DNA of 63,958 nucleotides, counting the filler, from Blastocystis sp. subtype 4 (Eukaryota): the NCBI RefSeq assembly GCF_000743755.1. It is 5 parts of 5 records of this genome, joined end to end, with 100 filler letters (N's around TTAATTAATTAA, not from the genome) between each part and the next. Parts side by side here need not be neighbours in the genome. Positions count along the whole stretch, not along the records: positions 14,894 to 29,404 come from NW_014569282.1; positions 29,505 to 43,913 come from NW_014569281.1; 3 more parts are not named here. One strand, given 5' to 3'. The notes beneath the pieces were generated by a model. The model was not told where the DNA came from, did not search any database, and saw nothing but the letters and a program-made list of their open reading frames with translations. Below, piece after piece: positions 25,001 through 38,650 of this stretch. The position numbers and the translations under genes are program-made. How positions within the stretch are numbered: the first letter of the stretch is position 1; each line of letters opens with the position of its first letter.

Positions 25001-26189
25001 ATGACCATTGAACTAAGTGAAAAGGTGAAAATTGCCCTCGTTGTGATAGCATATTTCGTTATCTCAATCTCCATGGTGTTGATGAACAAGTTCTTATTGT
25101 CCAAGAATAATAGTATTCGTGCTCCTTTCTTTATCACTTGGTATCCACGTCATATACGTATTAATTTCTAGGTATCAATGTGTCATTACCGCATTTATCT
25201 GCTGGCTTCTAGGAAAGTGGGGTAAGAATACGAAAGAGTGTAACAGTCCATTTTCTTCCTGATTTATAGCTTCGTTTGTCCATCAATTCCCGGAACAGCA
25301 TTATGAGATCCGTGTTGCCTTATCTATCCTTCCTCTTTCTCTTGTATTTGTGGGAATGATCACATTCAACAACCTATGTTTGAAATATGTTAAGGTTTCC
25401 TTTTATCTTGTGGCCAGATCTTTAACAATTGTGTTTAATGTTGTTCTCTCGTTGATATATTTGGTTATTATCATGAATTAGATACCTATTCTTGGGTATT
25501 ACAACCTCTTGTCCAGTCATTGCTTGCTGTTGTGTTGTCCTCTTTGGTTTCTATATCGGAAGTGAAGGTGAGCTCGACTTCTCTTTCTTAGGAACTGTGT
25601 TTGGTGTACTTTCTTCTCTGTTCGTTTCTCTCAACAGTATCTACACGAAGAAGATGATTTCTCGCGTCGATAATAATAGTTGGAAGCTCTGCTTTTATGT
25701 ATTTTCTATGAATTGGATTAATAATAGAACAATATGAACTCGGTCATCCTTTTCATCCCTCTGATTGTCATTTTTGAACGAGATATCATCCGGGAACATT
25801 GGTCTTCCTTCTATTCACTTGTTTTCTGGGCTGTCATGAATGCTGCTGGAATTTTTGGATTCCTAATCGGCATTGTCACTATTGCTCAGATTAATTTGAC
25901 TTCTCCTCTTACACACAATATTTCAGGTACCGCAAAAGCATGTGTGCAGACAATTATTGCGGTCCTTTTCCTTGGTGACAAGATGTCTATGCGATCTGTG
26001 ATAGGTACTGCATGTGTGCTTTTTGGAACATTCATGTATTCTGTGGTTCGTAGCCGAGAGATGGATAAGAACAAATTAAAGTCTTCACCCAAGATTACAC
26101 TGTTGCAACCGACAAAGGATCGCATTGATCTGGAGAGCAACGACGAGAATACAGAGGAAAGACCCCTTCTTATTAAACGTGACCAGTGA
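25001..26189 (+). CDS. SLC35C1: GDP-fucose transporter-like nucleotide-sugar transporter
   Basis: [65 protein letters not shown]. Confidence 0.88.
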
Positions 26190-26298
26190 TTAGTATTGAT
26201 AGCAGTATTTTTGTTGAAATCAATTGTATCAGAGACTATTTGTGTTATATCCACTCCATCTTGTTTATTCACTCTTCCCACTATTAATCTCAAGTTTG

Positions 26299-29017
26299 AT
26301 GATTGGCGTGTTTGATAGTGTGATCTTCTATATCGCACCGCCTACAGCACGGAGGATAGGAGATAATAGTGAGAAAATGGCTTCTATGCTGAGAACTGGA
26401 AATGCTGTGTATAAGTCCATTATTGACGACGATGTGACACATGTCATTTGTGATTCATCGGATTTTGGAGTCACTCGGAAGTTGGTGAGCGATTCTGTTT
26501 TTTGCTCTTTTGTTACTCCCAAATGGGTATTTATCTCCAATTCCCTGCATTACAGTCTTCCTGTTGTTAGTACTGGATTTGTTTCTCTCAGTTGTGTAGA
26601 GGAGTTATTCGTCTGATCCATTTCATTACTTTTCTGGGTTGGTATTTTATTTTTGCAACTGTTCTATTCCCTTGAATCAAGTCTATCTTCCATTGTGTAT
26701 TCATCATGGGGCTCAAGTTTCTATCCTCTTTTATGTTTAGTTTTAGGTACTGACATCCATTATGAGTCAATGCACTCATGTTATTGTATTCAATTCAACC
26801 CAATCAACGGATCTACCTGCAGAAGTATACACCTTCCCTCAAATTCGTGTTGTGAGCGAGGGGTGGATTGAAGCATGTATCCATGCACAGCAGTTGGTTG
26901 ATGAGACGGAGTATCTAGTTAAACCAGTCAATGCTCAGGATGGTATTTTCCATCATCATTGCATTTATTCATAGCTTCTGTTTCCTTCTATGTTCCTAAT
27001 ACGCAGTTTGTGTATGAATGGGAACACGATATTCAAGAATCAGTGAATAAACTGTTTCAAGGGTGTCCAGTTGAGTACAAGAGTGCATTCAAGGTAAAAT
27101 TGTCTTAGAAGAAATAATCTGTAGAATTGTTCTTTTCTATTTCTTCCTTCTGTAGATTGGTAGATCTAATGTTTTCCTCTTATTTTAGTCCTGAACGACT
27201 CTTTCTATCCTATTCCATTGAGTTGATGGGAGGGAAGGTTCTTCCCTTTCTTAACACACTTGAAAGAACAATTTCTGAGTATATTTCTCCTCGATCATCT
27301 CAAGGTTTACATTTTTCGGTTGATTGATTACTAGGTCCTCTAACTCATATTATATGTCCCTATTTGAAATCTGGACAACGTCGAAGATTAGTTTCAATAC
27401 TTGGAAACTATCCGGTCTCAATTCTGTCTAGTAATTGGTTGTACTCCTGTATCGACCAGTATTCTCGTCTTTCTACAACTCAATTGAATCCATGGGATTC
27501 AATTCTCTTTTTCCCTACACCAAAGTCGATTTTGGGGAATCTGTTGATTTCTAGTTCTTTTATTCCGGAAATGCGTTCTTGCATCATCAGTATTACTGGA
27601 TTTTCTATGGATTCATCTCCTACCCGTGAAGAAGTGAAATGCGCCATTGACACGGTTGGAGGTTGTTATATGGGTCCTTTATGTAAGGACTTCACTACTC
27701 ATTTAATCTGTGGAAATGAACAGAGGTGATATAGTTTGACTTGAATGAAGAATAGTGACAAATATGTAGCGGCGAGATTGTGGAAGAGTAACCTGAAGAT
27801 CGTTTCTGTGGAATGGTTATTAGCATGTTTGAAGACATGGAGTCGGGTGGATGAAGAGTCATATCTTCTAAAGGAGAAGAAGGAAGCAAATGAAGATGAA
27901 ATCTCCACAGCAGATGAAGAGGGATCAGAATCTGAGATGAGTGCTGCTTTAAATGGTGTTGGGATGATGCCTGAAGGGCAGGTAACTCCAGCTTCTCCTG
28001 TGGTGGTACCAGTACAAGAGCCATCATCGCCAGTACCTGTACCATTCGTACCATCAATACCTTCAGCACCAGTACAAGAGCCACCATCATCAGTACTCCA
28101 ATCACCACCATCATCTCCAATAGCACCTGATGAGTCCCAACTTCTGGCTCCTCAAAGCATGCTAGCTTCTATGGCCGCTACCAAGAGTGAGCCTCTTCAA
28201 CCATTGTCAGAAAAACGGCCTCTGGATGAGTCTTCAGTCTCATCGAAACGACCAACACTCACTCCGAGAAATGAAGAGTCTCTGATGAATTCTAAAGTGT
28301 TCCTACTCAGTAGCGAAGGACTAGAAGATGCTACAGAGATAATCACACAGCTTGGAGGTCGAGTGATTCAGACTCATGAGTATGTCTCAAGAGTACATTA
28401 TCATTCATAGTACATTCTCACCCGAGGCTACACACTTCATTATTCCATCTCCTAAGCGAACAGAGAAGTATTTGGGAGCCGTTGCGTGTGGAATGTGGAT
28501 TTTGAGACCGGAGTATCTGACGGCTAGCAAGGCTGTAGGAAGATGGGTGAATGAAGAAGAATATGAATGGTGTACAGCAGATAGCAAAAGCAACATTACA
28601 GGAACCAGTATTCGACGATTGCGAAAAGAAGGTGGCACTGTATTCAGAGGAGCAAAGTAAGTGTCTGGAGAATAGATTTGATATAGAATTGTTCTTGTTG
28701 GATCATTGTTGCCTGCATCTGATAAATGGGAGCGAATCATTACTGGAGGAGGAGGAAGTGTGGCTATTACCAAAGGTACACTCACTCAAGCAGTGAAACG
28801 GTTAATCTACAGTGCAGATACAGAGAATGCTTTAAAACTCTGCATTCTTCCTGATGGATTTAAAGAGAACAAGTTGGTGAAGACACTACAAGAGGAAGGA
28901 TATGTATGTGTCCCTTCTCGTTATGTATCAATTTGGAATGGATGTGATTTCTAGTTACTAGATTTGCTTAGTAAGGACCCAGTTCCGAATCTTGATGATT
29001 ATCGATTGTTTAAATAA
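26299..29017 (+). CDS. Multi-BRCT DNA-damage scaffold (TopBP1/PTIP/Brc1-like)
   Basis: Repeated BRCT signatures: THVIC...FVTPKWV, THVIV...VVSEGWI, ISITGF...THLIC...VSVEWL, THFI...RTEKYL...WILRPEYL. Confidence 0.8.
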
Positions 29018-29186
29018 CTTTAGGATGTTTCTTTGACACAGTATATATTTCATTTTCATTATTCATTCTCTGGGGAAAAGCTCTATAAGCAAAATCGAAA
29101 AGAGTTGATAATTATGAAACTACTGTACATCTTGAGTTTGGGGCAAACTGTCAAAGAAATCCAACACTCGTTGATTTGTAGTACTT

Positions 29187-29600
29187 ATGGGTATGAAGTG
29201 ACATCATTTTCCTAGCAGAACGGTTCCTAACCTGGTATAGGTATTTGCCGTGATTCTCGTCATAAGCGTCGTTTGACCGGAGGAAAGGTTGTGATTAACA
29301 TCAAAAAGAGAAAGTTCGAGATGGGTCGTCAGCCTGCCATGACTAAGCTCGGAGCCAAGAGAATCTATCTGGTTCGTTGCCGTGGTGGAAATCTGAAGCA
29401 TCGTNNNNNNNNNNNNNNNNNNNNNNNNNNNNNNNNNNNNNNNNNNNNTTAATTAATTAANNNNNNNNNNNNNNNNNNNNNNNNNNNNNNNNNNNNNNNN
29501 NNNNCCTTCTACTCGTGGCAGAGGCACTTCACCTGGTCAGAAGGTTGGTCTCATTGCTGCTCGTCGTACTGGACGTGTGCGTGGACGTATTGAACCTTAA
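29187..29600 (+). CDS. RPS8: 40S ribosomal protein S8 (interrupted by assembly gap)
   Basis: [16 protein letters not shown]...[14 protein letters not shown] before the gap; the piece after the gap ([23 protein letters not shown]) resembles the RPL8 C-terminus, so it is probably a different gene on another contig. Confidence 0.8.
29405..29504. other. Assembly gap linker
   Basis: N44-TTAATTAATTAA-N44. Confidence 0.97.
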
Positions 29601-29740
29601 GCAAATCGGTAGTCAATGGATGAGAGATGGTTTGTTGGGTCTGTGGATGCTGTTTCTGTGTTTGTTTCTATAGATGAATGTGAACCAATAGAATTGCTCG
29701 TTTCACGTGGAACAAAGAAACAAAGAATCGTTTTTACGAC

Positions 29741-31346
29741 ATGAGTCCTGAGAGAGTCTCACCGATTCTGTGTCAACGAAAGCGGACACTTCTGGAAATC
29801 GAGACGAGTCTGAATGATCCGCAACCATCTATGGGAAAGGTTTGCTTTGGATAGAATAGTGATAAGATAGAATAGCATTTTGGACGCTGGATGTAGTGTC
29901 ATAAAGAATGGGATTGATGATGTTGTAGACAATTGAGAATATGATTCGAGAAGTTCAAAAAGAAGCTAGAGAGTATCCACAGTGTGTTCCTCTGACTGAT
30001 AGTGCGCCAGAGACAATTGATTATTCATTTGAAGCAATCCAACAAACTCTGGAAGATCATTCACGCAGACTCTGTGATTGTGAGTCTTCCCAATTACAAC
30101 TTCAACAACAATTCTCCGATCTCAGCCGACTCGTGAATTCATCCCTCTTATCGGGATTCTCACATTCATCAAAAGATCCAACATCTGGAATTAGTGTTGT
30201 TCATGATGAAGTCTCGATGATGCAGGATCAAGGATGTGATTCACTAACACGGATGAATGACGATACTCCTTTAATTCCTCCTCTAGTGTCGGATTCATGT
30301 CTTCCCCCACTTAAGCACATCCCAGTAGAACAAGGACATATGGATCAATGGGATGATTTGCTTGTAGATGATCTGATAACTGAGGTTTCACTTAGTCTCC
30401 GTCAATGGATTCGAGAACGACAACAATTATTAATTCTAAAACGCCAACTACTTCTCAAAGAGTATGGTGTAGATTCCAAAGTGATATCGTGGTATGAGCA
30501 GGAAATCAAAGAATTAGAAGTGAGAAAAGAATGGAAAATCAACGATAGACCTATTACAAAGAACAAGTGAACTGTATACAACGAGATTTGCGTGATGTTC
30601 GCGCTCTTGTACGACACACCATTGAATCTCCACTTGATGAAGAGTGTGTTCAGAAAATCCCAGATTCCAAAGTAACTGTAGTAACGACCAATTATGATCA
30701 GAGACAAAGTCCCTTTCAGATGACGAGTACACCAGATCCAGAAATAGTACAAATTTCAACTCCTGAAGGCCCGCAAACCAAGGAAGAACCTGTTGAAGAA
30801 GAGGAGTCGGCAAATCTTGCAATATATAGTTTCCTCATCAACAATATTGATGCAATCATCAACAAATTAGGTATTCCCATCTACTGATCTCAACTTCAGG
30901 TGACAAAGTGCTCGATCGATCCAATTCCCTGACAAACGAAATCGAAAGGATCCTTATCGATACAATTCCTTCCGAGAGTCTTCGATCCATCACATCACAA
31001 CTCCTTGGAGACTTGATTCACACAATAAGTGTAACAAGAATAATGAAATCTCAACGATAGAATGAAGTTGTCGTTGTCTTCGACGGAAAGAGAACTCTCA
31101 GTATTACAAAACTCAAGGTAGGGACAAAGGACATGCCATTACTTCCAGCAATCTCTCCGTTTGTCTCTACTGAAACTCAAAGACGAATATATCAAGAAGG
31201 AAACGCCATACTCAATCGTGTGTGCACGAGCCCAAGCTAAAACCCAATTCAATGAATATGAACAGCAACTTCATGCTACAATAGATTCCTTTTTAATATT
31301 AATATCAGAAGATATCATAGATGATTTTGTGGGAAAAGAGGTTTGA
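29741..31346 (+). CDS. Hypothetical coiled-coil protein
   Basis: Long exons 29941-30570 and 30567-30887 linked by short introns; TGA followed 7 nt later by TGTTTGTT. Confidence 0.6.
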
Positions 31347-31407
31347 ATCCCCATGTTTGTTAGGATCCTAATTGCCGCATTCCGCACATCTTTCAAATAT
31401 TGAGTCT

Positions 31408-33424
31408 ATGGATACGTTGTTCGCATCGGAAGATCCATCTGTCACGTCTGGACTCATTTTAGTTGGTATTACGGTAATTTTGGTTGCCGTGTTTACATAT
31501 GCTTTGTTAAGATACTATCGAGAGAAATCCGTTTCCTGGAAATACTCATCTGTAATTTATATTTCATGGTAAGCATATACTCCTCCTTGTCAGATAGGTT
31601 TCTTGGTTTTATCGGGATTATTCTCTATCCCATTGATATTGGTTATTCAATTGAAGACAAGGTTGCAAATCCAAAACTGAAAGTTCTTTGGGACATTGTC
31701 TATTGGGTAACCTTCTTCCTTTCCTGGGTTGTTATCCCAATTTTGATGGAATATTGGGCTTCTGGAGAGTTTAAGGCAATGTATTTCATGTTTACCGCTT
31801 TTTTCCATAGGTATCGTCTTAAGGAGGCTCTTTGGGTGAACGCCCGCTTTTACATTATTGTAGGTGTTGTTGGAGGTGTTGGAGGTTTCCTTTTTGCTCG
31901 CATCAGTGATCTGTCCTTATTCGATGAATAGATGACAATTAGATCACTTAAGAACCTGCAAGCTTTGGTCATTGGACTTTCAAATTCTTATGGTTTGTGT
32001 TTCGTAGTTTTGTTGCTGGGTCCTGGCATTGTTGAACTCCCTGTCAGGTACGACTGTGAAATGGGATTAATTCTAGTTTATGGAAAAGCCGTGATTTGCA
32101 TATGCGACTAGATACACTCTATGAGAAGTAAGGGTACATGGCAGGATTAATCCCAGAGCACGTCAATTGGATGAGAATGTAACCAATTACCAATGTGAAG
32201 TGGCCTCGATTTATTGTAATTTGAAGGAGATTCAACGTATTCTCCAATCTGCAAAGAAATCGCCTCGAATTCTGTCATTGACGGATGATGTAAGAATTCT
32301 TGAATGGAATCATCTTTAGATGATGCACAGCTTACCATCAAGTGAACTTATCGATTATGAACGTTATAGTGCTGTAATTGACAAATCGGAGTGGATCCAA
32401 CTAGATCTACTGAAGTGTGTGGAAATGACAGATAAACAAGTATTAACATTGTTGTCAAAGGTTGAATTCACGATTCGAGATGAACTCTAGTTGAATTCCA
32501 AATTGAAGAAGGTGTGTCTTCGTTATGAACGACGAATGTGTCAATACAACGAGTGTGTTGATGATATTCTTAACACATTAACCAGTCTCGGTCAACCATT
32601 AATAGTACAGTAATAATTCATTATAATAATCATAGGATCCGACTACTGGACAATCAATCACGTACTCTATTGATACTCCCTCCTGTCTTCAGCGCATGTG
32701 GAATCGTATTCGATCTTCTATTCTCTTAATCTTGGCAATTCTAGCAGGTGTGATGTCCATATGTACAGCTCTTACTGAGATCACAACTGTGATATTTAAT
32801 GTAACACATAAACAGCTCAGTCTGTTTGGTTTAGCTCTCAAATACTCTGGATCAAATCGGTACGTTCGTACCTTAGTTGTTGGTATTCCTCTCTTGTATA
32901 TTTCATTCTTCTTCCTCATTCACAGATATCTGTTTGTCTGTTTCTTCCGGTCACTTTTCTTACTAAAGGTTCCAGGTGTGGAATGTTATCATTTGTACAA
33001 ACACCACACAGACGTATACGCTCTATCATTCAATGCTTCATATCTCTGTCGATTGCAATTTTCTTTGTGTTATCATTATTTTGTGCTTCTTCAAATGCCA
33101 ACTGCAGCTTATCAATCAATTGCGTTATCAGCAATACTTGGCCAAATGCAGACTGTGAAATTCCTTGGGAAGGAATTCAATTTTTACATGCCTGCCATCC
33201 TTGTTTTGATTTCTCTATTTACGCTTTATAAGATGCTACGTACTATTACAAAGAAGAAGAAATCAGGACTCTTGGAAGCAAATGATTTGATTACTTGCAA
33301 GAAAATGGTTGTCACTACAGTGATGAGGAGACAACGGATGATGCGTGAACAGGAACTTTCATCAACTGGTTATTCTTATAACAGTCCATCTGTTGTTACA
33401 CATGACTTCTCTCCAATTCCTTGA
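31408..33424 (+). CDS. LMBR1-domain membrane protein (LMBRD2-like)
   Basis: IILYPIDI, LWDIVYWVTFFLSWVVIPILMEYWASGEF, SNSYGL...LLGPGIVELP, SYLCRLQFSLCYHY. Confidence 0.85.
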
Positions 33425-33666
33425 TGTTTGCTTGTTCTATATGTTATCTTTGTTTGTTCTATTTGAAGCATGAATCAACTTGTTTCATTGTGGAGTATCC
33501 ATTCAAGAAAGATACTATGAATTCCGAGAATAGTCGCTATTTCTGCAATTTGGTAAGAACAACAAAATACTCCATCACAAGCAGTAATAGAGAAATGTAG
33601 AAGTGTAATCAGTCGATCAGGGGTAGAAAAATGAGTGATTATCGTTATGATCCACTCCAACAAACA

Positions 33667-34897
33667 ATGAGTTATGGAGGTTACGGTATTTTATTATGAT
33701 TGCGTATTAATGGAAAAGAGAGTTATGGGGCAATGAATAGTGTTCGAGTAGGGTTGGGTATAATGATTTTCTATTTGAATAACGGATCTAGAGAATCGTC
33801 CAAATTCAATTGGATTGAATAGTGAGAGGAGAAAAGGATATGGTAATGAATTAGGTCTTTCGCAGAATCGAATGTTGGGAAATCGTATCCCATCTATGCA
33901 TGATTATTGTACTGAAATGTCATATCGTTGATGTTTGTAGATAGGGGAAGTCATTACGATCAAAACTCCTATATGAATGGTATGAAATGGATTGAATGAT
34001 AACATTTAGATTATAATGGTCTTATGAATAAAACTCCCGTAGATGGTCATAATTCGTCTAAACATATAGGAATTTAGTCCTTTGAATATGCAATCAACAA
34101 TAGGAATGAATAAATCCATGCCACTGTTGTCATCTTCAAGGACCATGCATGGATATCCTCAGATGAGTGATGACCGAGTTTTACACTCATTTTTAGTGTC
34201 ATTGCGTGCTCCAGGAATGGACGTGGGAGATATTCCGGATCCTTCAAACAAGACCTCTTTGTAGTACTTATTCTTATTATATTAGCTTTAGTTCGTCAAA
34301 TGAACCTTCAACGTCCACGACTCCTCGTTTTCTGACACCGATGCAACAAACGAATCAAGAAAGCAAGCCTCAGTTACGGTCAAATGTTGTTTTTTACACA
34401 GATGAGGATTTGGGATATTCAAGTGAGTCTCCAGATTATTGTTTTAAGATTCCTCCTGTACTAGCTCACAGTTTGATGAGTGAAGAGTGGAACAATCATT
34501 GTCTTCCGGATCGTTATATGATTCGTCGTCCTCCTCTCACAGTAGCACAAATGAAGACATTTAGTGTAAGGATACATTGATGGTTTGAATAAAAGACAAA
34601 TCTGTTATTGTGTATATTCTATACGCAAACGAGAGATTGTCTACAGGTAGGAATGGATAGTAATTGTAATGTAGCTTGTTGCTGCTCAGGAACTTTATAG
34701 TCGTGATTATGTATATCACAAAGTGAAAAAAACATGGTATAAACGGGAAAAAGGAATCACAAACTATGCCTATATAACCGTGAAAGAAGAATTCTCTACA
34801 AGTTTATGGTCATTTATACAATGTAATGAAACGATAAAGAGTACAGATCTTCTATCTGCGGCTGAGTTAAATGAGTATGTGAAAATGCTCAGTCAGT
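33667..34897 (+). CDS. CNOT2: CCR4-NOT subunit NOT2-like (NOT-box); stop possibly completed by poly(A)
   Basis: Low-complexity N-terminus then LPDRY...VYILY...LVAAQELYSRDYVYHK...TW, typical of the NOT2/3/5 box. Confidence 0.65.
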
Positions 34898-34921
34898 GTT
34901 CTATTTGTTACAAACAGATGG

Positions 34922-37005
34922 TTAAGATTCTAATAAGGAGTCAATATACTCATATTCTTCTCTTGCCAAACATCCATTATGCGAACAGTGAATCGCCATC
35001 ACATGGAACGTTTCTAGTCATCAGCAAACGAAATGGAAACAACCTGGAATAAAAGAGTTGGCTTGTTCACAGAAGTCACGAATTGTCACCATCTACGAAT
35101 GAAGGGAGGACAGAAATAGTACTGTTTTCCAGATTTGCAGTAAATCTGGATCTTCATTTTCAAACTTGAATTCTGGTTCTTCAAAAATGTTGATTCTACG
35201 ATTAAACAACTCCTGAATACCAACACTTTGTCAATGGAGTAATACTGAGAATGCAGATTAACAACTCGCTTTCTCCATGTCTAGAGATAACGTACTCGAT
35301 ACGCTCATACAGTAATGAACATAACCAAAAAGTCTTCATTGGATTCTTCACCATTCAGATCAGGCGAAATGACATCAATAAATGGGAAACCAAGAATCTC
35401 CATTTGGAGAGAGAGAAGAAGAAGTTTCCGTGAGTTACTAATCACCTTACTACTAAATATCGAAGTACTTGACAAGGATGTGCACAACTCCCAAACCTCG
35501 TCAAATGATGCTAATTCTTTCTTCAAACAATTCTGAATAGATTTGACACATTCCTTATACTCCTCTCTTAATGCGTTTTCTAGTTTGATGGTAGCAGGGT
35601 CCTGCTTATAATATCGACAAGTCAACCCAAAAAGAAGAGAAGCTGGAAATACCACGATTTCATCGCGGGGATCAAACAAAAGTAAAGAAGGTATACTAAC
35701 ATCAATTTTGTCTGCAACTTTCATTGGCCATCGTCGGCATACTCTCACAAGGAAAGGAAGAGGTCGAGCTGTCATTAAAGTATGATACATTGATCCTACG
35801 AACAAACTGTTCAACAAGTGAATTCATATCAGAGAAGGTTCGATCATAGATTCGGAAGGGTTCAGGTGAAGCTCTCAGATATCCCACAACATACCCTCCT
35901 ATAGATGTGCCATGAACAACAGTAAAATGGAGCTTATATTCGGTACAAAGCGTTTGAATAATCATTTCAGCATCTCTGCCATCATGATCATGATTCATGC
36001 ATACCTCGCAGTATTCTCAGGAGTCACAGTCCCTGAGGTATCTCCACATCCTCGGTAATTATACACTGCAACATGGTATCCTCGGGATGTATAGAACTGA
36101 ACAGAAGCATCACTGATGTAACTGATCTCACTAATACCTAGATGAGAACCTATATCGAACACCTACAAGCATTTGGTGATGCTAAAAGGATGAGTTGATC
36201 ACTATTCTCAGTGTGATGAGTGGGGAAGAAGAGAATTGACGTCATATGACTTCCATCAGCAGCTACCAAGTGATAAACCTTTGCATCGTTCTGATGAATC
36301 TGAGGAGTTATAACACATAAAAGAGGAAATACAAGTTTTCGCTGAAGCATTGGAAATGTCACGAAAAAGTGGTTCGATGGCGAAATGAAGTACCAAATAT
36401 TCTTCCATAGTTTGGGATGACGGATAAAAGCGATGAAGTTGGTGAATGGAGGAGAGACATACACTAAGGAATCTACCTACAGTAATTATCGATTCATGAT
36501 GCTACAGTCTCTTCCACGTGCTGAATACAGACTTCAATATGCGACAGTTGTGATTCTGTGGCATAATGAGTACAGGCATCTAGAAGCTTATTAATTGCTT
36601 CCAGAAGAGGTAATTCGATAAGTAAAAGAGGAATTCAATAGGTACTTGACACTGGGAGATCATTTCCCAAAATGAAACGAATATCATTAAAAAGTTTCCT
36701 CCCTGCTTCAAGCGAACTGACTGCATCCGAATGGCCGTTTCGAAGGTGATGAACCCCGGTTGAGATCTATGGTTAATATATGGAAAGGGACATACAAGAC
36801 CCAACCCACGAAAAATAACACGTCGAAACCAATTTGTCTCATCACGAAGACATTGACGATTGAACTACGAATAACATGTTCATTATATGGAAACAATTCG
36901 ATTTGTCGAAATATACATAATATTACGGCTTAACCAACGAACGCCTACAAATACACCGATAGCAATTTGAGCTATCCAAATACTCCAATGGACCTTCCGG
37001 ATCAT
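34922..37005 (-). CDS. Membrane-associated alpha/beta hydrolase
   Basis: LILLASPNA, YHVAVYNYRGCGDTSG, VVHGTSIGG (GxSxG), YDRTFS, late HNG; hydrophobic N-terminus. Confidence 0.7.
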
Positions 37006-37544
37006 AAAAACAACAATTAGTCTAACAATAAAGAAGAAGAAAACGCAAGAACAAGATGCAGATGAAAACGAATGAAAATGGTAAGAAAACACGATGAAAG
37101 AGTTGAAAAAGCTCCTAGAATGAAGAACGAAAGAAGAATCAACAAATACGGAAATGTTCGTTGTTCCCTTAGAATCACCTGATGGAAACATTCAACAAAT
37201 GTACTACAGTCGAATTAGATAAAGAAACTCGACTTTCGTTAGATTTCAACAAAAGACTGTCAGGACGACCAGTAATTTTCAATGTTAGAGATACAGTACA
37301 ATGCGATCATCCCAGTCTGTACTCTTTTATACTTCGTAAGCGACATGTTCATACCCATAAATATCCACAATTCTTTATTGATATCCGAATTAAACAACGA
37401 ATAACGCAGATAATATAATTGAGAAGGGGATAAATGAAATCTCTGTAATATTCTCTGCATATCAATTTAAAACCACAACCCAAGGGTTCATTCGTTCTTC
37501 TCATAAAGTCCTTAATAGAAGAGGTATTAAATCGATTCTTAACG

Positions 37545-37971
37545 ATGCCCGCTGCCACTAAGAATTCTGTAGGTATTGTGACTGTCTATAAGGTGGTTTG
37601 GTTGAAGCACGTCCTAATCGTGTTTTAGAAGAAGAGTAACGATTCCATCAACAACAAGCTCCAGCTCGTTGCCAGAAGCGGAAAGTTCCAGCTTGGTTAC
37701 AAGTCGGTTCTGAAGTGTGTCCGTAGTGGAAAGGGTAGGAAATTGGGATGGTCAGTAATGCCTAGCTAAGCTCATTCTCGTTGCTAACAACTGTTCTCCT
37801 CTGAGAAAGTCTGAGCTTGAGTACTATGCTATGCTTTCCAAGACTACCGTCCATCATTATCAGGGAAGCTGCCTGGATCTCGGCACTGCTTGCGGAAAGT
37901 ACTTTGGAGTCTCTGCTGTGACTATCACTGATGCTGGTGACTCTGATATTCTCCGTGCCTTTGAGAACTAA
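37545..37971 (+). CDS. RPL30: 60S ribosomal protein L30
   Basis: [21 protein letters not shown]...[18 protein letters not shown]...LGTACGKYF...DAGDSDI. Confidence 0.95.
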
Positions 37972-38021
37972 GAACGAATGAAAATGCCTCTTTCATTAAA
38001 TTGGTTTGTTTAACAAACAGA

Positions 38022-38565
38022 TCATTCTAAAAGATTTGCATCCTCCTCCATCTTTCCCTCATTCGCCTCTTCGTCTTCTTCAGCTCCCAACTTGTTCAAT
38101 AGACGATGATACTTCTTAACTTGCTGGCGTAGTTGGCTAACCGATAACTGATTGGTATTCAGCTTCTTGTCCCGTAACATGCCTTCATAGTCATCTCCAT
38201 ACTTCTCGATAAGCTTCTTAATGTATCTTTGATCAAAAAGACTCATAGATACCTTTTCACGTTTCTCATTACTCAGAGAGACGAGTTCTATTGATCAATC
38301 TTTTCGATTCATTTCTACTAATATCGGAAGGTTTTGCAGGTGTGGTCTTTCCTATGTCTTTTAAGCTTGTAACAAATCCCAGTGCTTCATAATTCTGACT
38401 AAGGGTTTTCTTTTTATCCCATGCGTTCTACAAATCAATATGAAATCAAGCACATACCTGTAAGACTTGGTGACTAATTGCGGCTTTTCTGCATTTCCCT
38501 TGAAGGTTCTGTTTTAAAGTCACTTTCGGTCCCTTTCTCCGAATGTTTCGTCTCTTGTATGGCAT
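38022..38565 (-). CDS. NOP16: Nucleolar protein 16
   Basis: AWDKKKTLSQNYEALG; YIKKLIEKYGDDYEGMLRDKKLNTNQ. Confidence 0.85.
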
Positions 38566-38650
38566 CTATGCAATATTTCTGAATACAGAAAAGGAGGCGA
38601 ATTCGCTAAAATAACCGTAACTTCGTCTCGAAAGAAATAGGTATAGCAAG

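Noticed and set aside
29187..29600. Apparent RPS8/RPL8 chimera
   Set aside because: The two parts are on different contigs joined by an artificial linker
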